From positions 36,022,001-36,086,000 of the forward strand of contig OX597823.1 in assembly GCA_951406725.2 (NCBI GenBank): 64,000 nucleotides of DNA, written 5' to 3'. The stretch comes from Octopus vulgaris. Lineage: Eukaryota. This document shows, in pieces, positions 12,126-23,069 of the stretch. Below the pieces are notes generated by a model, which was not told where the DNA came from, did no database searches, and was given only the letters and a program-made list of their open reading frames with translations. A program made the translations under genes and the position numbers. Positions within the stretch are counted from its first letter, which is position 1. The number at the start of each line of letters is the position of its first letter.

Positions 12126-12470
12126 GAGTACTTTTTGGTTATCTCACCCCATTAAAAAATTGGGTTATCTCCCCTAGTTTTATGAGAACTATCGGCAGCT
12201 TTGGTTATCTCCCTCAATTAAAAAATTATTTAATCCCCAATAAACAAAAAAAAGTGAAAAAATTAAACATCTTATTGAATCTGATAACATTTTTATAACA
12301 AAACATACAATGCCTATTGAGGAGGCTAAACGTCAACAATGTGTTAAAGTATTGAATCAAAAAGATCTAACTCTTTTAATCCAATCTCTTGTCGCCACTT
12401 AAACTCAATTTTTTAGTGGGGAGATAACTCAATTTTTTAAGGGTGGGGTGAGATAAACCAAAACGTACTT
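12126..12470. mobile_element. MITE with ~50-bp terminal inverted repeats, superfamily unassigned
   Basis: Left gagtactttttggttatctcaccccattaaaaaattgggttatctcccc. Reverse complement of the right end is aagtacgttttggtttatctcaccccacccttaaaaaattgagttatctcccc. Confidence 0.8.
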
Positions 12471-12623
12471 AAATGTATAGCAAGGTATATTTGACAGCTG
12501 TTCATTATTATATTTTGGCAATCTTTATTTTTTGTTAGAAAGCTGACACATCTATTGCTTTATTCTAACTCATATTGTGCTTTATAAAGTATTTACAAAT
12601 TGTTTTTGCTGTTTTGTTTAGAA

Positions 12624-13616
12624 ATGGATAAGTTGGAAATTTGTACAGTCTTGAAATATGGGCTCTTTCTTGGAAATACAGCATCACGGACAGCTCGGAA
12701 TATTAATAGAGTATTTCATTCTAATGTTATTACGCAGTAGACAGTATCAAATCGGTTTGCAAAATTTCGTTCTGGTAACTTTAACCTCACAAATGAGCAA
12801 TGTGGTCGACCAGAAACAAAGGTGGATAATGATGAACTGAAAGCCACTGTCGAGTCAGATCCATTTCAAAGTGCCCGTGAATTATCGTTGTTGTTTGGTG
12901 TTAGAAAGCAAACAATATTGACTCACCTAGTTCAAATCAGTAAAGTGAAAAAGTTGGATAAGTGGTTTCCACATGAACTCAATGATAATCAGAAACAGCA
13001 ACGTTTGGAAGCCTGCATTAAGCTATTTTCTCGTCACAAAGATTAATCCTTTTTGACTCAAATTGTAATATGTGATGAGAAATGGATCCAACCGTAAACA
13101 TTCAGCACAATGGTCGGACAAAGACGAGTCACCGAAACACAGTCCAAAAAGCAATATTCATCAAAAGAAGCTGATGGTGTGCATTTGGTAGTCTGGGCGC
13201 AGGCGTGATCCATTATGATTTCATTAAACCTGACTCGTCAATCACGGCCGAAGTATACTGCAACCAACGGATCAAATGATGCAGAAACTTACAAAACACA
13301 GCCTAGATTAGTCAATAGATCCACTCCTATTTTCTTGCAATACAATGCCAGACCACACATCGCAAAAAGGATATTGGCAAAAGAACAGAAATTGGAGTTT
13401 GAAGTTCTCCATCATCCACTATACTCACCTGATCTTTTCCCCACTGACGACCACTTCTCTCAGAATTGGGATAACTTTTTGATAGGAAACAAAATTTAAT
13501 TCCGACGATGCTGTAAAACAGACCTTCCAAGATTTTATTGACTCTAGATTCTGGACAAACCACCACTGAAATGGCAAAAGTGTATTGACAATATGGGTGC
13601 ATACTTTGATGAATAA
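12624..13616 (+). mobile_element. mariner transposase pseudogene, full-length but disrupted
   Basis: KKLDKWFPHEL (WVPHEL motif), IVICDEKWI, YNARPH, HPLYSPDLFPTD (YSPDLAP motif). Stops and frameshifts. Confidence 0.93.
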
Positions 13617-13686
13617 AACTATTCCTTGCATTTATAAAACATTAGCAAAGTTTTTTGCTATGACTGTCCTGAAATGCAACAATATA

Positions 13687-14702
13687 TCTATCTTAACAAT
13701 ACTAAAACTCTAGAGATGTTTGTGTGTACCTGAAATATCTCAGTAATAGTATATTTTATCTTAATGTTGCTTTGTTTGTTTGTTTTTTTTTGCATATTTA
13801 TTTTCATATCTACCTTTGGCAGTGCAGTACAAATTTTTGTGATATTTGGACCTCTATTTATTAATGAAAACGATTAAATCCAATTTTTGTTCATTACTTC
13901 CTGACGAAAAAATACATAGCTTCCATGATATCAACACACATACAGAATATACACATATATAATGAATGTCATGGCATGTCAATCAACACAAATACACGTC
14001 CGCTATCCGTGACATATACACACACATAGTCTTCGCGCTCTCTAAGAAAAAACTTTGACTTTTTGAATTTCACAATATTTTCATCATTTAGAAATATTTT
14101 TAACTGAATGTGATTTCAAAAGTGTAAATTGTTTGTAAAGTAAGTACCTATATTTTAGTTTTCTTTAAACAAACAATATTTTAATGTTTTTTTTTAATTA
14201 TTTTCAAGTGAATGGCGATCTTTCACTTGTCATCCGGAGTTCATTAATTTTCGTAAAAAAAAATTATTTATTAACTTTCGTTTTAAAGTGAAAGAGGAGA
14301 AAGTGAAAGATGTATGTACGTGTATATGAGACGGATGTGTATGTGTGAAAGAGAGAGAGAGAAAAAAGAGAGAGGAAGAGAGAGTGGAAGGGAAAGAGAG
14401 GTAGAAAAAGATGGAGAAAGAGAGAGAGCGAGTAAAGGGGTGTGTTGTCATGTATACGTACGTACATCAATACATGTGCATATGTCTTTTTTGTAAGTGT
14501 GCATGTGTGTGTGTGAGAGAGTAAGTGAGTGATCATGTGTATTCTCATGTATGTGTAAGTGGCATTCTCTCTCTCTTTCTCTCTCTCTCTCTCACACACA
14601 CACATCCATTTCATATACACATTCATACATCTTTCACTTTCTCCTCTCTTTCACTTTAAAACAAAAGTAAATAAATAAAAAAAATTACGGAAATTAACGA
14701 AC
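13687..14702 (+). mobile_element. Possible non-autonomous Helitron-like repeat, 3'-truncated, with internal inverted repeat
   Basis: A|TCTATCTTAACAATA..gtttgtgtgt start resembles the 5' end at 59118. No CTRR 3' end found. Confidence 0.35.
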
Positions 14703-14859
14703 AAAACCAGCTACCATTCCTGCTACTGCAGTGGTAGCTGGAAAAGCTACTACTGCTATAAGGATCAGATATCACCTCAGTCTCATAAATGATCCCCCTT
14801 CGATTTCACATTGGCCTCCCAACAGGCATCTGCTGTAGTCCCTGCATGTGCATCCCACC

Positions 14860-16052
14860 TCTGCACGTGGCCTAGGGGTGTTAACAAAAATTCGCTTAAT
14901 ATTGGGGGCACAGCTAAAAGAGACTCTTAGGTTGTGTCAGTTGAATATACATTCATAGCTATGTGACTGTGAAAAGTGCTTATCTACTAGTCTAAAGAAT
15001 ATCCTACCTACACACATTTTTACATTAAGGGAGAGATGGGGAGAACCAAATAAAATTTTGGTGGTACTTCCTTCTATGGGTGTTAGGGCTGAGCATGTAG
15101 AAGATGTGATCCTTAAACCCACTCGCAGCTAGGGTCTCATTATAGTTGGGGGCTGCTGCATCAAAAATTTCTTGGCTAGAGAAAAGCTCGAGACCCTCTT
15201 GCTGAAACCCTTCACCAGGTTTTTGAACATGATGGGCAGTTGGTAGGAGCCTGTGTTGATATATGCCTACCTCTCATTTGGCTTGTGGTAAGGCCTGTAT
15301 GCACCAGAACCCAAGTTGAGCATAATGTCTAAGAAGTCTGCAGTGGTGAGGTTGGTCTTGATTGTAATTTTCAGTCCCAAGAAGTTATAGGTTCTAATCA
15401 GATCTTTCCTAAGCCTATCTTGGTAGGGTGTGCCCATTAGCCCCTCTAGAGATAGCCAGGGTATCATCTATGTAGAGATCAAAGAGGACAGAGGACAATT
15501 TCTTCTTTATCATATCCAGGATGTACAGCCCAATGAAGTTGCATACATCAGTGCTGTCGTAGGCCCCCATTGCTACATCAAAAGAGCCCATAGAGACAGT
15601 TTGCTTGACCCATGTTGAACTTTTATTGAACAGTACCATTTTCCTGGCATCCATGATGATATCTATGTCCCTATAGCTAATGTCAATGAAGTCCCTGATG
15701 AAGGAAAATGCCTTGATCAGTAACCCTTTCTATATAGATGGGAAGAAAATTGACTATGTTGAACTGGGTAAATCTTGCTCTACCCCTCTCTGAGTATTAG
15801 ACCAGTCACTTTATTTGTACTATGCCATAGGGAGAGGTTGGTAGTTCTTATATCATTGTTGATGTTCTCCAGTATGTGCTTGCTCACCAGACCAATCTCA
15901 AATTTAGCCACATTGATCAGGTGGCACTTGGGGTTCAAGGCAAAATTCAGTTTATGGTCTTTGATAGTGATGAAGGCATTCCTTTTGGTTAAAATTTCTA
16001 CCCTATTTGTTATATCTAAGTTATTGGCTAACTGTTTGGCTTCACTCTTGAT
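14860..16052 (-). mobile_element. Penelope-like element, reverse transcriptase relic
   Basis: FDVAMGAYDSTDVCNFIGLYIL..LYIDDTLAI, KITIKTNLTTADFLDIMLNL..YRPYHKPNE and FFRLVDKHF..IFN..RVSFSCAPNI are characteristic PLE RT/thumb motifs. Frameshifted. Confidence 0.9.
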
Positions 16053-16058
16053 GTTGTA

Positions 16059-16065
<7 letters not shown>

Positions 16066-16136
<71 letters not shown>
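16066..16136. repeat. (TA)n(GA)n microsatellite
   Basis: Direct read. Confidence 0.97.
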
Positions 16137-16139
<3 letters not shown>

Positions 16140-16733
16140 TGTGATTTAACGTATTACATATAATTTAATTCGAGAATTAGTTTTAAGACAAAACATTATT
16201 TAATAATTAGATGGTATATTTATTACGTAGTATTACATTTAAGTAAATGAATTTTATATTAATTGATTTTTGGTCAACTACATTATTGAATAAAATATTA
16301 AATCTATAGATACTACATATATATTAATAATATAGTTAGTTTATCTAATAGGTGTGTATATATTTGAACCATTTCCTATTTTTAATTCCAATATTTATAG
16401 CTTGTACTAACATTATGTATATTACTTAATGTTAAGGTTTTTAATATAAATTACTTAATGAGTATAAGACTTTATTTAGATGTTTATTAAATAAATAAAT
16501 TAATTAATTAATAATTTAATTTAATGTATATAGTTTAAATTATAGTATTTAGTTTTCACTTGATGTATATTTTGTATCTTATATATATATATATGTGTTT
16601 TAAATATTTTAATTAATTGTATCATATTTTTTAAACAAAAATATTATTTGTTAAGATATTTTGTATTTTACAAGATTATATACGTATATTCATTAATTTA
16701 TCTAATTAATTATTTTATTATTGTTGTTATCTT

Positions 16734-16837
16734 TAACCTGAAAAGTGGCTATATTTATATTGAAGTGATTTTACTACTACTACTATTATTTTTACTATTA
16801 TCATTTCTTAAATATAGCCACGAAACACGTGTCGTTA
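16734..16837 (+). ncRNA. Minimal type I hammerhead ribozyme relic, Penelope-type, G8>A
   Basis: TAAC-CTGAAAA-GTGGCTATATTTA...TAAATATAGCCAC-GAAA-CACGTG-TC-GTTA. Stem I 4 bp, perfect 13-bp stem II, palindromic stem III, GUC triplet. Confidence 0.75.
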
Positions 16838-17090
16838 TTCTACCAAATATATACGTTTTATTTACTTAATTATTATTTTGCACATTACTTAATCATCGTT
16901 ATATGTTTTATCTTATATTTAATCTTTCTATAATATGTAATTTTTCTAAATGGTATAATTTAATTTTTCATTATTGAATTGATAAAAGGTGGGTTTTTTC
17001 TAATATATATATATATATTATATTTTGTGAAATTTGATTTAGTATTTCTAAATTGAATTTTTCCATGTAAGTTTGGAATAATATTCCCTC

Positions 17091-17091
17091 A

Positions 17092-17157
<66 letters not shown>
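17091..17157. repeat. (ATT)n microsatellite
   Basis: Direct read. Confidence 0.97.
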
Positions 17158-17161
<4 letters not shown>

Positions 17162-17306
17162 TCACTGCTGTACTATTCAGGCTCAGCACATTGGTTGAGG
17201 ACATTCAATTTGAATTTTTGGTGTATAAAGATGGAACTAAATGTGCACATGTTTACTTTGTGTTTTCATTACGTATTAAAGTTTCATAATTATACATTTT
17301 CCAGTG

Positions 17307-17402
17307 ACTCTACTGATGAGCCTCAGATGGATAATTAATCAATTAATTGACTAATTAATTGATTTATTTGATCATTAATGGTGAAACTCTAGGGTATAGA
17401 GT
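17307..17402 (+). ncRNA. Minimal type I hammerhead ribozyme, Penelope-type, catalytic core intact
   Basis: ACTCTA-CTGATGA-gcc...ggt-GAAA-CTCTAGGG-TA-TAGAGT. Perfect 6-bp stem I, CUGAUGA/GAAA/UA core, near-palindromic stem III, 12-bp hairpin inside stem II. Confidence 0.8.
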
Positions 17403-17648
17403 TAACTCAGATTTTTATTTATTCAAGTGTCCTGCTTGCTTACAAGCAATGTGCCATAAATAAGAATGTTTTTTTATGGTTTGGGATCTGACTGCCTTTT
17501 TTAGCATGTAAGAAGTCCACATGGTAGTCTTCTCTCCGTGCATAAATTTTTATACACTCTTATATTTTAAAAATATTTATGTCTTCTGATTTTTATTACA
17601 CATGCTAACCACTTGTAATAAATTACTATTTTAATAATTTTTTACCCT

Positions 17649-17690
<42 letters not shown>

Positions 17691-18625
17691 CATCATCTAA
17701 CATTCATTTTCTATGCTGGTATGTGTTGGATGGTTTGACAAAATCTGGCAAGCGGCAGAGCTATATCAAACTCCAGTATCAGCTTTGACATAGTTTCTTC
17801 AGCTAGATACCCTTCCTAACACCAATCACTTTACAATGTGTGCTGGATGTATTTTTTGTACTAGTGGAACTAGTGAGGTCCCCAGGTAACTTGCAAGATG
17901 AGAATAAAACAGAAAAAAGGAAAAGGGGAAAAAATACCAACTAAGCAGGAGAGAGCTTTTGAGGGGAGTAGTGGTTTTATGACAGGAGTTAAAAAACTAA
18001 AGTATTGTAGTTGGTTAATCCCAGGTGTCTTGATATATAGGAGATACAAGGCTACCCTGCATTATAGAAGGGTGGATGGGAGTTACTGCAAGAGATAATG
18101 ATAGTGAAATACTAGAGCATCTCAAGGAACAATGTGAGTATAAAAGAGGATACAGACAATGAATTAAAGGTAGAAGGATAGTTTCAGAAGTGTATGAAGG
18201 GAAAGTAATAAATGGTTAGAAATGGGGTCAAGGTGAAATGTAGTGAGTGATGAATAAGAGTGGATGGAGTTGATAGGAAATACCCATATGGAGGGTGGTA
18301 ATGTGGAAGACATAGAACTGGCTGAGGAAGGAGAATATGTCAACAAGCTGGGGGTGATGTGTAAGGTGGAGAGAGTGGTAGGAAAAGAGGTGTAGAAGGA
18401 CATAAGTCTGTAGTAGGTAAGGTGTTTATGGGCAACATGAGAGTGTGTTGAGATTGAAAGCAGAAATAATGAGAGGTGTTAGGTTATAAAGTATGGCAGA
18501 GGAAAAAAAGCAATGGTTGAGAGCACAGATATCAGCAGCAACATTTAATGTCCACATTCCATGCTGGCAAGCCAGAAAACTGTGCCAAGCTCTACCATCT
18601 GCTTTGGCATAATTTATACAGCTAG

Positions 18626-18671
<46 letters not shown>

Positions 18672-18784
18672 ATATATAGCATTATCATCATCATTTAACA
18701 TCCGCTTTCCATGGTAGCATGGGTTGGACGATTTGACTGAGGTCTGGCGAACCAGATGGCTGCACCAGACTCCAATCTGATCTG

Positions 18785-19435
18785 CTTTTCAGTTTGGCTG
18801 CCAAATTTTGAAAATTCAAAGTTTATTGAAAATTTTTTAATTTGGTACATTAATGTAGTTTTCCAAACTGAATCTCAAGAGATATTTCACTTTTCCAGAA
18901 AAAATTTTTTTTAAAGTTATAGAGGTTTAAATTTTAATAATTTTCACAGGATTTGGAAGCTGTAATTTTGTGTGACAGCACATGTCAACTATAAACAAAT
19001 TAAATTCTCTATTTTTTGGAATTTTCAGAAAATTTTTGTGAATTTGTATTCTGCACATGGGAATTCATGCGATTATCCAAAAATTTAACAAAAAATTTTT
19101 TGGTGCGTGATTTAAGGCATATTTGACTATTATTTTTAGCACACGACCACCTCAATGAGTGGAAAATTTTTGTCAACACGTGCTGTCTCACAGACAAAAG
19201 AGTTCGCATGCTTGTTACTATGGAAACAGGCATAAATGAGTCTGTGGCTTAGAATTGGCTAAAATTACCAAAATTACACAAAATTTTCAAATAACTCTTT
19301 ATTTATTGATTTATTGCAAAACTGAATTTCAAAGCAGTGATTAGCATACAAAATCATATCATTACACCAAATATGAAATCAATTCAAGCAGGACTTGAAG
19401 ACATTGAAAATTGGCAGTCAAACAGAAAAGATACC
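18785..19435. mobile_element. Non-autonomous TIR DNA transposon (MITE)
   Basis: Left cttttcagtttggctgccaaatttt vs right aaaattggcagtcaaacagaaaag (reverse complement cttttctgtttgactgccaatttt). Confidence 0.7.
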
Positions 19436-19479
19436 TTTAAGCTTATAAAATATTATTATTATTTACAGATATATGATAT

Positions 19480-20514
19480 TGTTACAAATCACCTGCCGTC
19501 GCTCAAACTCTTCGGAAAACCCCAGGACCCTACCAAGTCGAGCGACGACGATCGACTGGCTCGATCGAACGGTGAATTCGCCACAGACTCAGAGAGAGAG
19601 AATTCGGCGTGGGAAGGCGGCAGCGAACTCGGCAACCGGCGACCGGAGAGAACAACAACAACAACAGCAGCAGGAAGAGATACAGAGAGACACGGCGGAA
19701 GGCAATTTGGCTTACGTTTAACAACAATAGTTTATAACAATTATTACATCGAATACATCAAAGAAAATACGTGCAAGAAAACAAGGAAACAACAAATCAA
19801 AGCATGCAGATACAGTTCAGAGACAACAGTTCAGATCAAATTAAAACAAATAACGTTCACATTAACGATACAGTTCAAATTGATGCAATATAGTTCAGAG
19901 TTCAATGTTCTACATTAGAGTCTTTCTCTTTCTTTGCTTTCCGCAATTCTGTAACACAGTTCTTTTCACAATCTCTTTTCCTTAATTCAGTACTTCTTCC
20001 TCCTTTTTTCAACACATCAATTCTTTTACATTTCAACAATTCTTTTTCCTTCTTTAACACATATCAAAACATAAATAAACATACCATTACGAGCTACTAC
20101 AATAGCCAGTGCCCCCATACCGTAGTCCCTCTCTCTTAGCTCCTTAATCCTATCTGCCTGTCTTCCTCTTTCACATTCACAGTCATTCTCTCGCTTGTCA
20201 TCCCTCACATTGTCTGTCTGTCTTTCTCAACTGACCGCCTTCGCCATCGCCACCTTCTTGGCTGACCATCCGTATCACTCCCGTCTCTGGCCAGAACTGC
20301 TGGCCGACTGTCTAACAGACTCACAGCTCCTGCTTTTTAAAGGGGTGCTTCCTCGACCCCTCTTTGACCAGAAAAAGGGCAGAGGTCTCTCCGAAAGTCA
20401 TTACTCTTTCGTGAATCTGGCAGAACAAAGGACAATAACTTTAGATCCCAGACTTTCAGACTACAAACTAGCAAAGTAGGTCATAGCAGTTGTTTTCTGA
20501 ATCACGTGACCACA
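19480..20514. mobile_element. Solo LTR (TG...CA) with 6-bp target-site duplication
   Basis: TGATAT|TGTTACA...GTGACCACA|TGATAT (19474-19479 and 20515-20520). CpG-rich relative to flanks, no convincing coding homology. Confidence 0.7.
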
Positions 20515-21384
20515 TGATATATATATATATATATATAACAAAACAAAACAAATAATGAGAGACTATCAATCCAGGCAAAATACTTGTCTTATTATCACCC
20601 CATGGTTATTGGTATTGTTATTTCTGTTATTAATTTGTAATATTATCTTGTGTCTGGGGAGAGTCATTTTCTTTCTGTGCCTAATGATGTAATGTTATTT
20701 TATTAATATTATTAATATTGGTATTATTGATATTGATGTTATTGATGCTGATGTTGTCACCTTCATCATAATTGTTTTGGTATTACACATTACTCTGCAA
20801 ATTTATTCTTATCCTTTACATCTTTAATGCTAAATTTAGAAACTTTAACTTCAGTTCAAATTTTAATCCATAACCCTTTCTATTAGTTTAAAATTTTAAA
20901 ACCCAACTAATCAGATTAATCTGAATTTATATTTAATTTTCAACTTGACATCATCCCATTTGTAACAACATCTCTTAATCTATCAGTATTTATATCCTGG
21001 ATAAGAGTATTCCTGTCCTCTACAATATGACTACAACCAGTATCCTTTTATTTTCTAACATTATTCCCTCACTATGCTAGATATCAAAAACTGAACATTA
21101 CTATCTTAAACTGACCATGTCCATAAAAAGCCTATATCATATTTCAACACAGTTGCTGGAGCATATCTAACCTATATACAATGCTAACATGATAATGGGT
21201 GCTGAGCAGACTGCAAACACTAATGTTTTAGACTGTCCCTCTTCTAAATTTGGCAATACAATGCCCCTACTTCTAGTAAATGACTCACTCCTTTGTAACC
21301 TGTCTTCTGTTTTCTTTCTGCTCTCTTCCAATTTCTCCATACAGTAGCCATTCCTCCAGGGCTCTGCTTGTTATAACCAGAAAT

Positions 21385-21507
21385 GGCTCTGATGAAAGTA
21401 GCATTAATTTTCTTAGATCGTTCAATTTCCCTCACTTGAACAACAGACCAGTTGAGTAAACCTATCAGTAATGTACCTATAATGACTACTGGAAACAGCT
21501 GTAAACT
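21385..21507 (+). ncRNA. Degenerate Penelope-type hammerhead ribozyme motif
   Basis: CTGATGA(21389)-a-AGTAGCATTA...TAATGACTACT-g-GAAA-CAGCTG-TA. Palindromic stem III. Stem I and the stem II closing pair are decayed. Confidence 0.6.
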
Positions 21508-21706
21508 AAATTTGCTCCAATAAAGGAAAAATATGTAATGACCATTATTTTTAACATAATGTGTTTTTGTCCCCGAAACTTAGTGGTTCGACAAAAGAGA
21601 CCAACAGAATAAGTACTAGGCTTACAAAGAATAAGTCCTGGGGTTGATTTCTTTCAACAAAGGTGGTGCTCCAGCTTGACCACAGTCAAAACATGTAAAA
21701 GTGTGA

Positions 21707-21747
<41 letters not shown>

Positions 21748-22139
21748 CAAGCAGAAAGACCCAGTTTCACTAGGGTTGTAAACTCATAGCCTGAACACAG
21801 TACTGTTTGTTTGTAGTGTAAGATTAGTGTATTTCTCAGAAAGTAATACTTACTTTTAATATTCAAGAACACGGGTTCCGAAATGAAATAGAAGCAGTTA
21901 TACATATGTGGTCTGATATATATATATATATATATATATATTAACTTGTAGTACCTACTTATAAGCAAATTATCTCAACAATGGGTAAGATACTTTATCT
22001 TTGTATATTTGTATACAGGATATAAAGTATTGACCCATTGACCCCTTTTGATGGAAATACAAGACCCTAGTGACTCAGCTCCCTATGGAGCAACTAAGTC
22101 CTTAGGTCTTCACTCAAGGATCATCAGAGGACAACGATA

Positions 22140-22517
22140 TTTTGAAGCATTTGAGGGAAGGCATTGAATGAAAGGGACCAGATCTGTGGAGCACAAAGAA
22201 TTGGATTCTTCATGACAACAATGCTCCCTGTGACCAAGCTCTCCTCACTCATGAGTTTCTCACCAAAAGCCACATGGTTTCACTTCTGCACCTACCCTAT
22301 TTGCTAGATTTAGCACCTGCAGACTTCCATCTCTTTCCCTAAGAAGAAAATGCAGCTCCAAGGTTGCCATTTTAACACTGTTGTCAAGATCAAGTGTGAA
22401 TCACAGGTGATCCTCAACTTGCTTACAGAAAACGACTTCCAGGTAAGATTCCAAAAGTGGCAGGAATGCTGGGACCAGTGTATTGCTGTGCAAGGTGACT
22501 GTTTCAAAGGAGATTAA
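22140..22517 (+). mobile_element. mariner transposase C-terminal fragment
   Basis: NWILHDNNAP..LPYLLDLAPADFHLFPKKK..FQKWQECWDQCIAVQGDCFKGD*. Confidence 0.88.
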
Positions 22518-22617
22518 GTTAAAATTTAGGTAGGCAGGCATTAGGAAGGGTATATACAGGCGGAGTGGTGAAGAAGAGATAGAATGATAAAGAATAATGT
22601 TAAAAGGGATAAATATG

Positions 22618-23069
22618 TTAGTTAGTTAGTTAGTTAGTTAGTTAATTTGGCTCAAAAGCAAATAGCAAGGCCATGTAGGGGGACATGGAGTTAAGTACAG
22701 GGTGGTGTTCATGTAAAGAGTTCAGGCCACTTGAGGTCCAGGGAGGCTTTGAACAAAGCGGTCGTCGGCATCTTCACCATCTCGTCTGGCAGCTTGTTCC
22801 ACGGATCCGCAACCCGGACGGAGAAAGCTCCTCTCCTTCAATTGAGATGAAATCGTCGCAGGTAGAGCTTTTCGGAATGACCCCGCAGCCGACGCTCTGG
22901 AGCAGGAGTGAAGAACAGCTCTTTCGAGAGGTTACACTTTCCGCTTATGATGTTGTGGGCGAGAATGAGATCACTATGGCGGCGGCGTTTTTCAAGAGAA
23001 TAAAGGTCGAGCGTCCTCAGCCTTTCTTCATAGGACAAATGTTTGAGACCATGAACCATGAGGGTAGCC
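22618..23069 (-). mobile_element. 5'-truncated CR1-clade LINE with (TAAC)n tail
   Basis: LSYEERLRTLDLYSLEKRRRHSDLI..LRGHSEKL..FSVRVADPWNKLP is the CR1 ORF2 C-terminus. Tail (GTTA)n on + at 22617-22644. TSD agggataaatRtg at 22605-22617 and 23070-23082. Confidence 0.93.

Noticed and set aside
19337-19918. 193-aa ORF
   Set aside because: Runs across the MITE/solo-LTR junction, uses a non-ATG start and has no recognisable domain.
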